In this document: piece by piece, positions 26,544-40,768 of the stretch
Layout of the letters: each line of letters opens with the position of its first letter
Numbering within the stretch: the stretch's first letter is position 1
Assembly (NCBI GenBank): GCA_951406725.2
Contig: OX597826.1
Span: forward strand, 18,290,001-18,354,000
DNA length: 64,000 nt
Direction: 5' to 3'
Source: Octopus vulgaris
Taxonomy: Eukaryota
Program-made: the position numbers and the translations under genes
The notes under the pieces: model-generated
The model's input: the letters and a program-made list of their open reading frames with translations, nothing else
What the model was told of the DNA's origin: nothing
The model's database searches: none

Positions 26544-27445
26544 CCTTAAACTATCGACAAAATGCTTGTACTAATTCATTACAACCCTTTAGAGTTGAAA
26601 TTCCACCAAAATTAACACTGCCTTTTATCCTTCAAGTGCTTATAAATAAAGTACCAGTCAAGTATAAGTGTTGATTCCTATAAAGCATCTTAGATGTGAA
26701 TAAAATTATAATAGAAGACAAGATTTGAGCAGCAAATTAAAAAAAAACAATTAAAACCTGTAAAACTTTTCCCAAGCTTTGATCAACATTGCTACAAATT
26801 AATTGATTGCTTACTTAAGAAAGGTATGAAGCTCCAAAATAAAAAATTAACTTAAATACAACCAGCTGACTGAAAACTTTGAAAAATATAGAAAATGTAG
26901 AAGCAAGAAAATCTAGTCTTAAAGCAAGAATGTTGTTTGTTATGTCTAGTCAGAGAGTGACCATTGGTTTTGCACCTATAAAGTGCTTAGCTGTATAGGC
27001 AACTTGACAAACTCAAATGACTGGGGGCATGTAACCTCTCTACAATAGGAGGGAGGAAAACATCATAGTCAGTTAATTTTGTAAGCAACAAATTCCAGAA
27101 CAAAACTGGCAAAATCTTGAATGAGGCAGAGTTATTCAACTTAGATGAGTTCCAGTTCTGTCTACAATTTCTGCCAAGGGCATCGAAAGGTGATAGCATT
27201 TCTCTAGTCAGCAACTGGAGAATTCCATGTTTCCAACAGGAATTTCCTCAGATGAGGGCACTGACTAAACATCTCTTTTTTGAAGTTTAAAAAAGGTCCC
27301 CAGGTCAAATGAATGTTTCAGGATTCTTGCTCTTTCAGCCAAGCATATTTCTGTGTCTGTGCCCTTGAGCTGGTGGTATTATAGCTGTTGTTGTTGCTGT
27401 CATTATCGCTGTCAATGCTGTTGTCACTGCCAGACACAATCCCAG

Positions 27446-27480
<35 letters not shown>

Positions 27481-28681
27481 TTGCCACTAGTGATGCTGCT
27501 GGCACCACTGTCGTTCCTGCTGTTATTACTGGATGTGATGCTGCTGCTGCAATTGCTGCTAACAAGGCTGCTATTGCTATTGACATATATATCCCAATAA
27601 ATTACAAATACATCAAATATATACATCCATGCACATATATGTATATATGTATGTATAGAAATAGAGGAAATGCCATGATGCTGATTATGAACACCATCAG
27701 GATAGCTGATGGAAAATATATTATTCTGCATATTAAACACAATTGCTGCTGAATCTGGTGAATGTAATATATAGTGATTTGAACAATTTCAATCAAACAG
27801 TTAGTAGACAAAATCTCCCTCTAGAGATGTTTAAAATCTAAAAACAAGCAAATGAAGTAATGTCAATTAGATTTGGTTATCGAAGTTCTAGACAGCATAG
27901 ACCATGCAGATAAAAGTTGATCTGGTTTTATGCTTCCCTGAGGGGATCTAATAAGACTGAAACATGTCTATTGCTTTCTCCGGTTTGCTTTAAAGATCAG
28001 ATTCACTCCAAACTGAAATGTTTATATATCCAAAATTCAAATCATCTGAACTTATAACTATTATCTCTCTTGCTTACTGTTTTGAAATTTTAATATCCCT
28101 AGAAAGAGTTTTGTTGACTAACTACTTGAGTGATCTTAATGATATAAACATCATGTTTTAAAAGTGATCTAAACTAAAAGCTTCCATTAAAACTGCATTT
28201 TAATTTATGTTCCAAACACCGACTGAATAAGGTCAAAGTTATTTTATCAAATTAATTGGATCAAAAGCAGCACATCTTAACAGAAATATGGTTATGAAGC
28301 AGTTAATAGTGATAATAGTGTGGATAAAAATGATAAATAGGAGAAAGAAACAAAGTTGTGAAGATGCATTGGAATATAATGCATGTTGTTGATATTGTGA
28401 GATTGTTTAGGCGAGAAATATACTCATACATATCACATTATATTATGTGATAATAAGTATCAGAATATTATTTCTGAAATTGTCCATAATTTTCTAGTAG
28501 TTGGAGTGTGTGTGTAAAATCAAGCTTCTATGCTCACTGTTATGTAATGAAATGATGCCATGGAGAAGGGATAACACAAGTAGACAGAACTAATTTCATC
28601 ATTCAAAATAAGAATGAAACAAAAACATTTAAAATCATTTTTAATAGTTTCACCCTATGCAGATATAATGTTATATAATAA

Positions 28682-30030
28682 GATGGGTTGCCCAAACCAG
28701 AATTTTGCAATATTATTTTATTCACTTTGTTTTCCATGTTTATACTTTTACCACCTTCAAAGTATTCTCCATTGGAAGCAATGAATCAGTCCAGATGCAT
28801 TTTCCACTGTCCAAAGTAGTCCTAGATCTCTTGCAAAGTGATGCCTAAAACCTTCCATTAAAACTGCATTTTAATTAATGTTCCAAACACCAACTGAATA
28901 ATGTTTTCCTTTAAGGACTTTCTCCACCCAGGGAAACAAAACAAAAGCCACAGGGAGCAAAACTGGGTGAATAGGGAGCATGGTATAATGCATGTTGTTG
29001 ATATTGTGAGATTGTTTAGGCGAGAAATATACTCATACATATCACATTATATTATGAGTTAATAAGTATCAGAATATTGTCATGATGAAACAACCACTCT
29101 CCCCTCTGTCACAGGTTGGGGCGTTTTCATCACACCATGTCTTGCAAGTGCTTCAAAACTGCCAAGTAAAATGTTTGATTAACAGTTTGACCAGGAGGAA
29201 TAAATTCTGTGTGGACAATTCTTTTTGCATCGATGAAACAAATCAGTATCGTCTTAAGATTGGATTTTACTTGATTCACTTTTTGGGAGCGTGGTGACAT
29301 CGAATGCTTCCATCGACTTGATTGCTGCTTCATTTCCAGCTCGTTGCCATAGCACCAACTTTTGTCACCAGTGATGACCTTCAAAAAGGGTCCAGATCAA
29401 ATTTCAACTGTTCTTTCAGTTCATGATACACATTCACTCGTGACTGCTTTTGATTTTCCATGAACAAGTGAGACACAAATTTGGCTGCAACTCTTTTCAT
29501 TTGCAATTCCTTGCTCAAAATTCGTTGGCAGGAGCTCCGAGACACACCAGTCATATAAATAAGTTTGTCAATTGCTCGGCGATAGTCTTCCAAGACCAGT
29601 TCATGAATTTTCATAATGTTTTCACTCATTGGGAAGGTCAATGTTTGCTCTGAACAAGATTGGTCTTTGAGTGACAAGTGACCATTTCTAAAGTGTGAAA
29701 ACCACTCGTAAACTTGTGTTTTGCTTATGGCAGCATCCTTGTAAGCTGTTTGAGGCATAACAACTGTTTTGGTTGCCATTTTCCCTGCAGAAAACAGAAT
29801 TTCACCGAAGCATACTGTTCCTTTGTTTCAGCCATCACAAAAATCGACGAGCAGGGGAGATTCACTGCAAAGCAAAGATGCACCACGTGGCAGTATGAGT
29901 TCTCAGTATGATGTCAGTCAGCAGACTGATGCCTGAGGGTCGCATCAAGTGGCTTCTAGCGGGGGAAACCTAAACTACAATAGGCTTGCCCCACAGAGAA
30001 CGTTTCTGGTTACTTTTGGGTACCTCCTCG
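28682..30030 (-). mobile_element. Near full-length decayed mariner
   Basis: KTQVYEWFSHFRNG, MKRVAAKFVSHL, VITGDKSWCYG, EFIPPGQTVNQTFY and NGEYFEG. TIR cgaggaggtacccaaaa at the right end. Confidence 0.88.
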
Positions 30031-30949
30031 TATATTTGGAGATAACTTTTTGTCAAAGTGAAATGATAAAGAGAATCTTTATGTACACCTTTATTGATTT
30101 CTCTCTCTCTCTGTCTTAGAGTAGAGACTGTTCTTTGACACTGGCACAGAACTTCTGCTTACCAGCACTAGCAACTCTTATGCAATTTAAAGAGACCAGC
30201 TGTGGAAATTAACTCAGAAACAATCTAAGGTTCCTTGTAAATATTTCAGTCTAAGTAAACAGCAAATCATCAACAACCAGAACATCCTGTGGACTTTATA
30301 GAGGAGTTTCTGATAACATACTGGCATTTCATTCATGAGTACTAGTCCTCTCCCAAAAGATGTTCACTTTTGGAGAAAGCTCTTTGAGCCATGATACTAT
30401 GGTTTTTCAGCTGATGTTTTTCATGATTTAATACAATCCAGTTAAATACCATCTTGTTTGCACTGAGAGGCCATATGGAGAAAATACATAAATTCCTACA
30501 CAATGAAAAATTAATACAGAGACAATACAATACAAAACTACTAAGGCATACATAACTTGATTTTTCCAGGAAACACAATGGCTCAGAGAATTGATATTTA
30601 ACTCTAATTTCTGTGTTATTTAAGAAAATAGGAAATAAATCTTCCCCTAAATAGAAAAATTTGTAGCTTCTCACTGGAAGTCTTATTATCTATTCCTTAC
30701 CAAAAAACACAAGGAAATTACTCTAAGTGGTATTTGAACTCATATCCCATGGGACAGCTATCTCACATTTTAATCACTCATATATCTCACCTTTATTATT
30801 ACAATCTGAAAGGTTCTGAAAAAGATAAAATATTTTAATATTTTGTTGCGGGTAATTCACTCTCACAAAAACAGAGGAATACCTACAAAATGAATTAAAA
30901 AAGAAGGAAAAAGAAAAATACTACAGACAATAGCCGATTGGCTAACAAG

Positions 30950-32330
30950 GAAACAATAATTATTGCTTGAAGAAGTAAACACCAAAATACCCCAAAGTAC
31001 CAATTCCCTTGTTGACAATATAACAAGTGCTTATGTATGCTCCAGAATTTAGTTGCTTCTTGGAAAACAGAAATACATTGCCAGATGAATGTCAGAAGAG
31101 TATAGATGGTGTAAAAAGACTGGGTAGTTGTCAAGAATGCCAAAGTGTCAAAGAAAACAGAAAAACATTAACTGTTGCTAGATTCATTATCAGAGAAATT
31201 TTTAACATTTTTGGATTGTGGAAATAATAACCCTACATAAAGCCATTTTGATATTCATTATATTAATATATTAATCCTACCATAACAAAATATATGGCAG
31301 TCATAATTTTACAAAAACTAAATAGACCAAAATTAAAATCAAGATTTGGCCAAATTTTATAAGAAAAAAGGATTTTTCAATGTGTTTCTCTTATTTTGTA
31401 GCCACCTCAAACTAAACAAATAGGTTGAAACAAACTAACTACAACTACAAATGCTATGAAAAATAAATCAATAAATCATTTCCCTTATGTGGCTATCACA
31501 AAAAGGTACACAAAAAATATATAGTCACATATAGGGAGAACCAATAACAAAATAGCAGATTCAGTAAATAAATAAAAGTGACTATGGTATTCAAAACACA
31601 AAAAAAAAAAAATGACAAAACTTATTTAAAAAGAGGCAAATTAACAATGCTACAAAATATTTAGATAAATTTTGATCATGAAATCAAAAGATATCTCTAT
31701 AAACTCATAGGTGGAGATGAAATAGATAAATCACAACATGCAAAGCATGAAAGAAGATTAGAAAGAGTTCTACAGAGATGTTAGACAAATATTAAATACA
31801 CAACTTAATGCTAGAAATGAGATAATAGGTATAAACACACAAGCTATCTCAGCTTCAACATAACTGAAAGATAACCAAATTGAAATGCTTTGATAAAAAA
31901 AAAACTCCCATAAACTTACTGTCAGCATTCCGAGTTTATTATCCAAAAGCTGATATTGATGGAGAATATACAGAGAGAGAGGAAAGAATGGTGGCAAACA
32001 GAAAATGACTATAAAGTAACTGGAGGGTTATAAATATTTATAACTCAACAAGAAAAAACTGATTAGCACATTAAAATTATCCCCAAATATAAAACAACAA
32101 CTATTGTTTGTATATAAGGAAAACAATTAGAATTAGAAGGTAAATATATATCAAGGTACACAAACAGAAAAAAAAAAGCGAAAACATGAAAAAAATTGAA
32201 AGAGAGAGTTCAAAGGTTAATTCATAAAACAACAATGATAAAATGAAAAGTTGTACTAACAGAACTAATTTGGATATAAAGACATAAAACATAGACTGTT
32301 CCTCATCTGATACAGGCATTTAGACATAAA
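30950..32330 (+). mobile_element. Highly degraded R4/Dong-like RT relic
   Basis: FLENRNTLPDECQK...; YPKADIDG...KNGG resembles HPKADVDRLY..RKEGG. Confidence 0.4.
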
Positions 32331-33339
32331 ATACTGACTGTTCCCCATTTGTTACTGATACTGAAGCCAAGCATGAACTTCTCTGAAACACAACTGCAAT
32401 ACAAACCAAAGTATTAAACTTAACTTTAAAAAGTATTTTGATAGTAAATTGCACTTTATGTCACCATCACCATCACAACCATCACAACCACCACCACTAC
32501 CACAACCACCAGCATTTTCATTGTTATTGTTATTGTTATTATTGTCGTCATCTTTTGATGATTTCATGAGAGCTAACATCCTCACAACTGCCTTCTTCTG
32601 TTTTCCCTCCTGGTTTCCATGATATTCTGCTTTAGTTACAATTCACTGCCAGTAAACATAACTTTTTCATATAAAAAAAAACAATCAAAAACCAAAAAAA
32701 AAAAAAAAAAACCTAAATAACAAAGTCATTCTTTCATATCACGTCCATTCTGGTGCTGCACACAATGGCTAATGAATCTAATGTCTGGCTCTGGCAGCTT
32801 TTTCAGCTCACCATTTGCATTCCTCGTGTCATGCAAGTTTGTGTGGACAATGTTCAACACATGTCTCACCATGCTCTATGATGGATCTTTTCCACTCAAC
32901 ACCCATTGCCCTTATTCATAGATCCAGCCCCTTTCACAGAAGCACTTTGTCACCAGTTGAGGCAACAACTTCCTGAATGTCTTCCATTCCTATCACACCT
33001 GGCATTACATACTTGCTTTACTAAAGGTGCTACTTTGAAAACAATAGACTTATTCCTCCTGGGACATTAAAAGATATTAACCACTTCTGCAAATGTAATA
33101 CATCTAAAATCACATCAGTCTGCAAGAGACCTTGCTGATCCTCTTGCAGGCTTGTTGCTAAGGAAAGGGGTCAAACAACTCCTCCCTTTCTAATGTGAGG
33201 AACGCAATGTACTCAGTATGAGTAATCCCATTATTTGGTCACTTTCTTATGAGTGAATGAAACTATAATGACGAGTATTTTGCCTTATTATGTATAACAA
33301 AATATAAACAGGGAGTGAGAAGAAAGAGGGAGAGAGAGA

Positions 33340-33370
<31 letters not shown>

Positions 33371-36300
33371 GGAGTGTGTGTGTGTGTGTGAGAGAGAGTG
33401 TGTGTGTGTGTGAGAGAGAGAAGTGAGAATAATCCCAGGAAAATACAAACATAGAGAAGAGGTGTATGAAAGAGAGAGAAATAGAGAAAGAAAAATGAAG
33501 AGAGAGAGAGATAGAAATAGTGAACAAAAGAGAGAGGGAATAAGAAAAAAGGGAAACTTAAAGGAGAGAGCTATAGTAAAAAAGGAAGAGAAAGATGTAA
33601 ACAGAAAGTGAGAATAGATGATAAAAGATAGGGAGAAGCAATAAAACCAGGGAGAGAACATAACGGAAAGGCAGAAATAAAGGGTACAGCAAAAAAATAA
33701 ATAAAACAAGGATAGGGGGCAGGGAGAAGCAAACGAGAAAGAGAAAGAGAAGAAAAGGCTAAGAATCAGTAGAGAGAGAGAGAGCGAGAGGGGGGTTAAC
33801 TGAAAGAGAAAGAGGGGTTATCAGAGAGAAAGAGAGAATGATAGGAAGAGAGTAGGAAAGATAGCAATAGATGAATATAGAGGTAGACGGAAGAGCCAAT
33901 GTCTTATTCTGTTGGCAAGCTGATCAATCTTTGGTTGTGCTTAATAAAGTTAAACAAAGAAAATTAGCTGTTGATGAGAAAAGGATTTAATTAGTGAAAT
34001 ATCGGAAACTTTTACACTTTTTTCAGAAGGTTGCTGTTTTTGTGTTTTTTGTGTTTTTATCGAGTTTAACTACAGAATATTGATAGAAGAAAATAAAATG
34101 TAAAAATCAGCATTTACATCATTCATGAGTTTAAAAGAAGAAAGAATTAAGAAGAAAAAAAAAATGAAAAAAAGAAGAAAAAGAGTGAAGGTGGGAACAG
34201 GTAGAGGTGGGGTGAAGAGGAAAACGAGTGATGAGAAAATTAAAATATCAGATCGTGAATATAATTAAGTTTACCTAACTAACTGAGAAATATATGAATA
34301 TATATATATACACTCACACACATATATACATATATAATTTTATAATTATATATACTTTCATATACACACATATACACATATATGTATGCATATATATATG
34401 TGTGTATACATACACACATGCACACACACATACACACACATACATATGGTGTTTGAGTGTATAAGTAAATAAATAGTTGGGTAAAAATAATAAAAGTCAT
34501 AAATAAATTAAGAGGTATCATAAGGACATTTCAAAAATGTGCCACAAAAGAACAAAGATATTGGTATTTTAAAAAGAAAAATAAATTCAAAAAGATTACC
34601 TTCGTTTATTTATTCTGAAGATGTCGTGTATATTTTGTCGATATTGCTTTTTGTCTATTTTTTTTAAATGTTAGATAAACAGATTCTATCAATATTATTG
34701 TTGTGGTGATTGTTGTTGGTTAAGCATAAAGTCAACAACAACAACAACTACAGATACACAGGGTGAGGTGTAACCCATACAACATTCATATCTACATAGC
34801 AAATGGTTCTAAACATAGTGGAATAAGTGGGGCCAGAACCACCGCCAGCAGATAAACCAAGAACAGACTTTAAGTACCAATGGTTCATACATTGTCACAG
34901 ATATGCACAGTGTCCTTAGTCAAATCACTTAACCTTACCTTTGGCTTTGGCTGTGTACTCTCATTAAGTCCTAACAGTAGGTACAGCTCACTTCTGTGAC
35001 GTATGCTACTTTTTATTAGCTCACAGTGCTAAGTTCAAATCCTCTTAAAAAGCTTGAGAAAGGTAACAGGAACTCACTCAAATGCATTCTACTCATAATG
35101 ACCATAAAGAACCGTGGGCACTGCCCCTTCTCCCCTGACTTAATAAAAGGAAAGATCCTTCATCTTGAGCTTAGTCTTGTGCCTCTCTTGGTCTGGGTTC
35201 ATTACATAGTTGCTCGTCCAAGTGCAGGCCTAGACAAGTTTATAATTTTTTTTTCTATAGGAAGGCTAGCATTTGCTCATTCATACATGTCTTCTATCTC
35301 TATGCCCTTAATGTTATTTAAGGAAAACGGAGGGAGGTAACCACTTTAGGGTTGTTACAGCTTGGTACCTGTGTCATTATGGACATTGTATCAAAATGTA
35401 ACAGGCCAGAACAGATACCTCAAGACACCATCTGCAATACTCTTGCAGTTCCACTACCCCAACACCCTAGGCTGGTGCTTTTTTATCAACCCTGAAAGTA
35501 TGGAAAGCAAAGTTAACCAGTGGGATTTGAACTTAGAGTACAGCGACTTAGGACAAATACCACAAAGCATTCTATCCAACAGACAATGACTTAACCAAGC
35601 AGCCATCTTAAAGATCAATAGTAATATAACCCTTCTTCCACCCGACTCACCTGTAAATTTCAGGCCTTGTACCTGCAACAAAAACCATTACACAAATTAT
35701 TCAGTACACTAAATGACTCTTCTGGCAAATCAGCACTGCAACATAGATACATTTCAAAGTATACGCTTTTATAATATTAATACCCATGACATTTCTACTC
35801 ACTAATAAATACCCACGACATTTCTACTCACTAATAAAGCTAGCAGCCATGTCCACTTAATTGACTTTTATTACTAGCATATGCTTGCTTAGTGAAGGAT
35901 TGGGTATACTCAATCAAACTATTCAATATGGAGCCAACAAGGTAATCTCTTGACCAGCTAAAAATAACACACAATTCTCCCTCAAACCACACTCTACCAT
36001 CTTAACATGTAAGGATACATTGGATAATATAGTCAGGGGAACGATATGCCTACAGGATAAAAAAATGGAACAGGTGATCATAACTGGATTACTTTCCACA
36101 AGAGATTTGCTTAAACAGGGCCAACAAGAAGTAGGGTTGCTAAATAACAACAACAACACCAACAATTATCCCTACATTTTAGGAAAATTTGTCCATAATA
36201 AATGGAAAATAATTGAAAAATTTCATCCTATAAAATGCATATCAAGAGTAATTTGTAAGAGTGTTTTGTTTCTAAATATTTGATTAGCTACATCTGTGCC

Positions 36301-37044
36301 TCATATTTGCTCCAGTGAAGCTGATCAAAATAAGTTCAATACTCAACAACCACAACAATAATAAACGAAGAGGATATTCAACTATTAAGAAAAATGGAGG
36401 GTTTCACATTTTCTAAGAGGCAGGAGGTATGATTTGGCAGATTTCAATGCCTGTTAAGGCTTTGAAAAATCTGGTAGCATGGTGCCGTTGAGTTTGTTTA
36501 ATTAAAATAAAATGCTGTCATTGAATTTGTAAGAAAATACACAATATTCTGGCATCATTAACCCCACCCCTTCTCGTAAATAAAATCACTGTTCTACATA
36601 ATACCTCCAATAGATTAGTGACTGCTATAGTTATTTAATTTCCAGTCAGCTTTGGCCAAGCAGAGCTATGATCAAAGACATTCCCTTCATGACCATCCCA
36701 TCATTTTGTATATTAAGGATGACATTGTTCAGGGAATACTTCTTATTTAAATAGGAAGAGTGTGGTTAAACTGCTCTTTCTAGCAGATTAAGCATCTGTG
36801 TAGAGTTTTCTTTATTGTCTGTAATAGATTAACAGCTTTGGGATTGGGGGTTATGATTCCAAGAGTTAAGCAGACCACAAAAGTTGTACGGAAACCATTG
36901 ATATAAAATTCTGATCCACTATATCTCTCAATCATCTAAACAGATGATGTATGATAATAGTCAGTTAGTATTCAGCTTTGACTAAACTCTAAATACTGGT
37001 CATGTCTAAGGGTTAAATCTTTTTAATGTGTGACTCTTTCATAC

Positions 37045-37245
37045 GGCAGTGAGCTGGCAGAATTGTTAGTGCACCAGAGAAAATGCTAATGGCATTTCGT
37101 CCATCTTTATGTTCTGAGTTCAAATTCTACTGAGGTTGACTTTGCCTCTCCTCCTTTTCAGGGTGGATAAAATAAGCACCAGTTGAGCACTATGTTGATG
37201 TAAGCAACTTACCCCATCCCTCGAAATGTGCCAAAATTTGAGACT
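37045..37245 (+). mobile_element. tRNA-headed SINE with Nin-like central domain
   Basis: ggcagtgagctggcagaa head, gagttcaaattc B box and ctttgcctctcctccttttcagggtggataaaataagcacc core. Confidence 0.7.
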
Positions 37246-37852
37246 GATATGTGATGTTTTTTTTTAAGACCTGGTGCATTTGTTTGGACAGTTAAGTATC
37301 TATTATCTGAACAAGATTCAAATAGTGAAGGTAAAGGTGGAATGACTGTAAGCCTAAAACGACACCTAAATGATTCCACTACTTGTCAAAAACTCACTAA
37401 GCATCCCACAGATCCTTCACCTTCCTGTGTCCATCTTCAAAAATCCTAAAGAGAGACTGATCTTACAAATTAAGCCATTCCACTCTGACTCACAACGCAC
37501 ATTCTCACCATTACACTCGACCACTGCATTTTTCAAAAACCTTTACCCTACCTCCTTCCCAAAGACACACGACAGCTTCAACAACAACAACACAATCCCA
37601 CAATGCATCAGTTTAACTCTCACTGTCAGCAGGAAAGTTTCGAACTCCCTTCCCCCATTAAATATGCCTGTATTTATTTGTCTTATTTTATGAACTAAAG
37701 TATCATTGGTTGCACATTGATGGATTGGAAGCTGCTCGGTCTATGGTTCACAATGGGGAAGGCAAGAGAACATCCATAACTTGGTCAACTTCATTTGAAA
37801 AAGATTACATTTTTGCCAGTTTACATCCATCTTCCATATATAGCAATAGAAC

Positions 37853-37883
<31 letters not shown>

Positions 37884-37884
37884 C

Positions 37885-37915
<31 letters not shown>

Positions 37916-38269
37916 CATACATACATACATACATACATACATACATAGAAAGACAGGAAGACAGAGAGAAATGGAAATAGACAGATGGGCTCTCACATAG
38001 TTTCACTATCAATTTCCACCCTCAAGATATTGGCCAATGCTAAAGATGATGGGAAATAATACCCACCTAAGGTGCTGTTCAGTGGGAGTGAACTTGGAAT
38101 CATGTGGTAGCAAAGCAAACTACTTAACCATACAGCTATATCTGCACCCATTTGCAAAGAATTTCTAAATACTTTCATATGAAAAAATGCAAAATTTTGA
38201 TTAGAAAACTCTCTCTTAGACAGCCAAGCCCATTATACTGTCTACAAAAATAATACATCTAGAATCTAC

Positions 38270-38520
38270 AATTTCTTCACTGGTATACAACAAGGATCCT
38301 TTCTCTCACCCAAACTATACTTATGCAAACTTTTCATGCTACCTCAACATATGCACATGATCTCATATGCAGATGACATTACACTCACAATGGTCAGTAT
38401 CTAGGCACATCTGCACATCTGTTCCAATCTATATATCAAGTACTTTGAAAAACCAACTCCACAACAATCCATTCCTCTGTGTTTCTTTGTGCCAGAAAAC
38501 ATCAAATACAACCAAACTTC
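38270..38520 (+). mobile_element. LINE RT relic
   Basis: GIQQGSFLSPKL and SYADDITL motifs. Confidence 0.5.
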
Positions 38521-38850
38521 ACACTTACCAAAGTAAGCATACCATCATCATCATTGGTGTAATGTCCACTTTCCCATGCTTACATGGGTTGGATGGAATT
38601 TTGTTAAAGCAGAGTTTTCTATGGCTGGATGCCCTCCCTGTTGCCAGCTCTTACCTGTTTCCATGTTACATCCTTAAAATCCTTAAAAATGTTTTAGCCC
38701 GAAGGCCGTGGCCATGCTGGGGCACCACCGTTGAAAGGTAATATTTCCCCATAACTGGACATGTTTTCACAGTAGATTGAGAACATAGGAGACTGCTTGC
38801 ATTACAGTGACACTCATAATTATCCTGCAACATCAAGCCAAAAAAACAAC

Positions 38851-38894
<44 letters not shown>

Positions 38895-39485
38895 GTTTCA
38901 GTTTCCATCTACCATATCTGCTCACAAGGCTTTGGTCAGTTCAAGGCTATTGCTGAAGACACTTGCCCAAGATACCATGCATTAGGATTGAACCCAGAAC
39001 CATGTGATTGAGAAGCAAACATTTTACCACACAGCCATGCCTGTACCTATGAAGGTAAAACTTGGAGTTATATACAATTCCCAAATGTAATAAGCATAAA
39101 GTGCCGTGTAAAAAGCATTGATATGAGTGCTGGTGTCACATAAAAAGCACTGGTGCTGGTGTCATGTGAAAAGCACCCAGTACACTCTGTGAAGTGGTTG
39201 GCATCCAGCTGTAAAAAAACAAGTCAGAACAGACTACAGAACCTGTGTGTGGCCCCTAGCCTTGCCACTTCCTGTCAAGTCATCCAGCCCATGCCAGCAT
39301 GGAAAAGAGATGTTAAGTGTTGATGGTCATGATGATGATGAAAATAAATCAATGCAGAAATATAATTAGAACACTAACGCATACCGTTACCAAACAGAAA
39401 AACAAAAACAATGGTGATTTACAAACAATATATTAGATCTCTCAGAAAACAGCACATTCCGTAACGCTATTATAGGTTCCATGCA

Positions 39486-39486
39486 C

Positions 39487-39528
<42 letters not shown>

Positions 39529-39536
39529 CAGACACA

Positions 39537-39613
<77 letters not shown>

Positions 39614-39642
39614 ACATACACACACACATACACACACACACA

Positions 39643-39674
<32 letters not shown>

Positions 39675-39775
39675 TACACACACACATATACACATATACA
39701 GACACACACACATACACACATACACACAGACACACACACGCACATACACACACACACACACATACACATACACAC
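39486..39775. repeat. (CA)n microsatellite
   Basis: Directly visible. Confidence 0.95.
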
Positions 39776-39869
39776 TATCTATGCAGCAAAACAAAAATGC
39801 TAAAAATATTTCAAAAAAACACCTGGACATGTAAAGGGGACAGTTTATTTGCATAAGAAACTTCAATGT

Positions 39870-40140
39870 GTTCAACCATTGTAACTGCATGCACAATCAC
39901 CTCGAATACTCAGACACATGTACAATGCACCAGTATCCTGAAATCGCTGTCTCTCTCCTATTTGGCCCAGACAAACATGAAAAACATGTAGACAAAGATA
40001 GTAGCAGCATCAGCAATCTCATTATAACGAAGCAGAGAACAAGGCTGCACAGGATCAATAAGTGCAAGGGGAATAGTTTCTGTCATACTCTGACCCAGTT
40101 CACTGTGGCTGTGGCCATCAATGGAATCTATCAAAGAAAG
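39870..40140 (+). mobile_element. Possible hAT transposase C-terminal dimerization-domain relic
   Basis: YPEIAVSLLFGP...SISNLIITKQRTRL resembles hAT LA..LL..P..ERxFSxMNLIxTKxRxRL. Confidence 0.35.
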
Positions 40141-40169
40141 AACTAATAAACAAAGGACATATGGATTTA

Positions 40170-40607
40170 AAATTTTGGCACGAGGCCAGCAATTTTGGGG
40201 GAGGGGTAAGTCAGTTACATTAAACACCATTGCTCAGCTGCTACTTATTTTATTAACCCCGAAAGGATGAAAAGCAAAGCTGACCTTGGTGGAATTTGAA
40301 CTCAGAATGTAAAGACAGGCAAAATGCTGCTCAGCATTTAGTCCGGCATGCTAACGATTATACCAGTTCACCACCCTGACTATATTTGGTAATATTTGTT
40401 TCAATTTTTGGTACCAAGCTAGCAATTTCTGGGAGTGGGTAAGTCAATTCCATAAACACCAGGGCTCAGCTGGTACTTATTTTATTGACCTCAAAAGGAA
40501 AAAAGCAAAATGGACCTTGACAGAATTTGAACTCAGAACATGGAAATGGACAAAATGCAGCAAAGTATTTGACCCAGTGTGCTAATGACTCTGCCAGCTT
40601 GCCACCT
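40170..40607 (-). mobile_element. Two tandem Nin-type SINE copies
   Basis: Two reverse-complement copies of the 37045-37245 family at ~40170-40375 and ~40400-40607. Confidence 0.75.
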
Positions 40608-40768
40608 TATACAAAGGACATATTAGACACTTCTAGATACACTATACCTTGAAATAAGATGGAACAGTCAAGGCTGGAATGCTTTTGATCATGGCTAACC
40701 TGGGGTTAAACAGCAACAAGAGCTGCACTAATCAATCTTTTAACACCTATTAATAGAATCTGTATGTA

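Noticed and set aside
35780-35838. 30-bp tandem duplication (also local direct repeats at 7884/8121 and 46918/47188)
   Set aside because: Ordinary local duplications with no further structure.
39958-40127. Minus-strand phase-1 terminal exon candidate (DSIDGHSHSELGQ...IFVYMFFMFVWAK*) that could join the EGF gene and give a hydrophobic tail
   Set aside because: The acceptor is plausible, but the plus strand of the same bases resembles a hAT dimerization domain and the peptide has no recognisable motif. Unresolved without transcripts.
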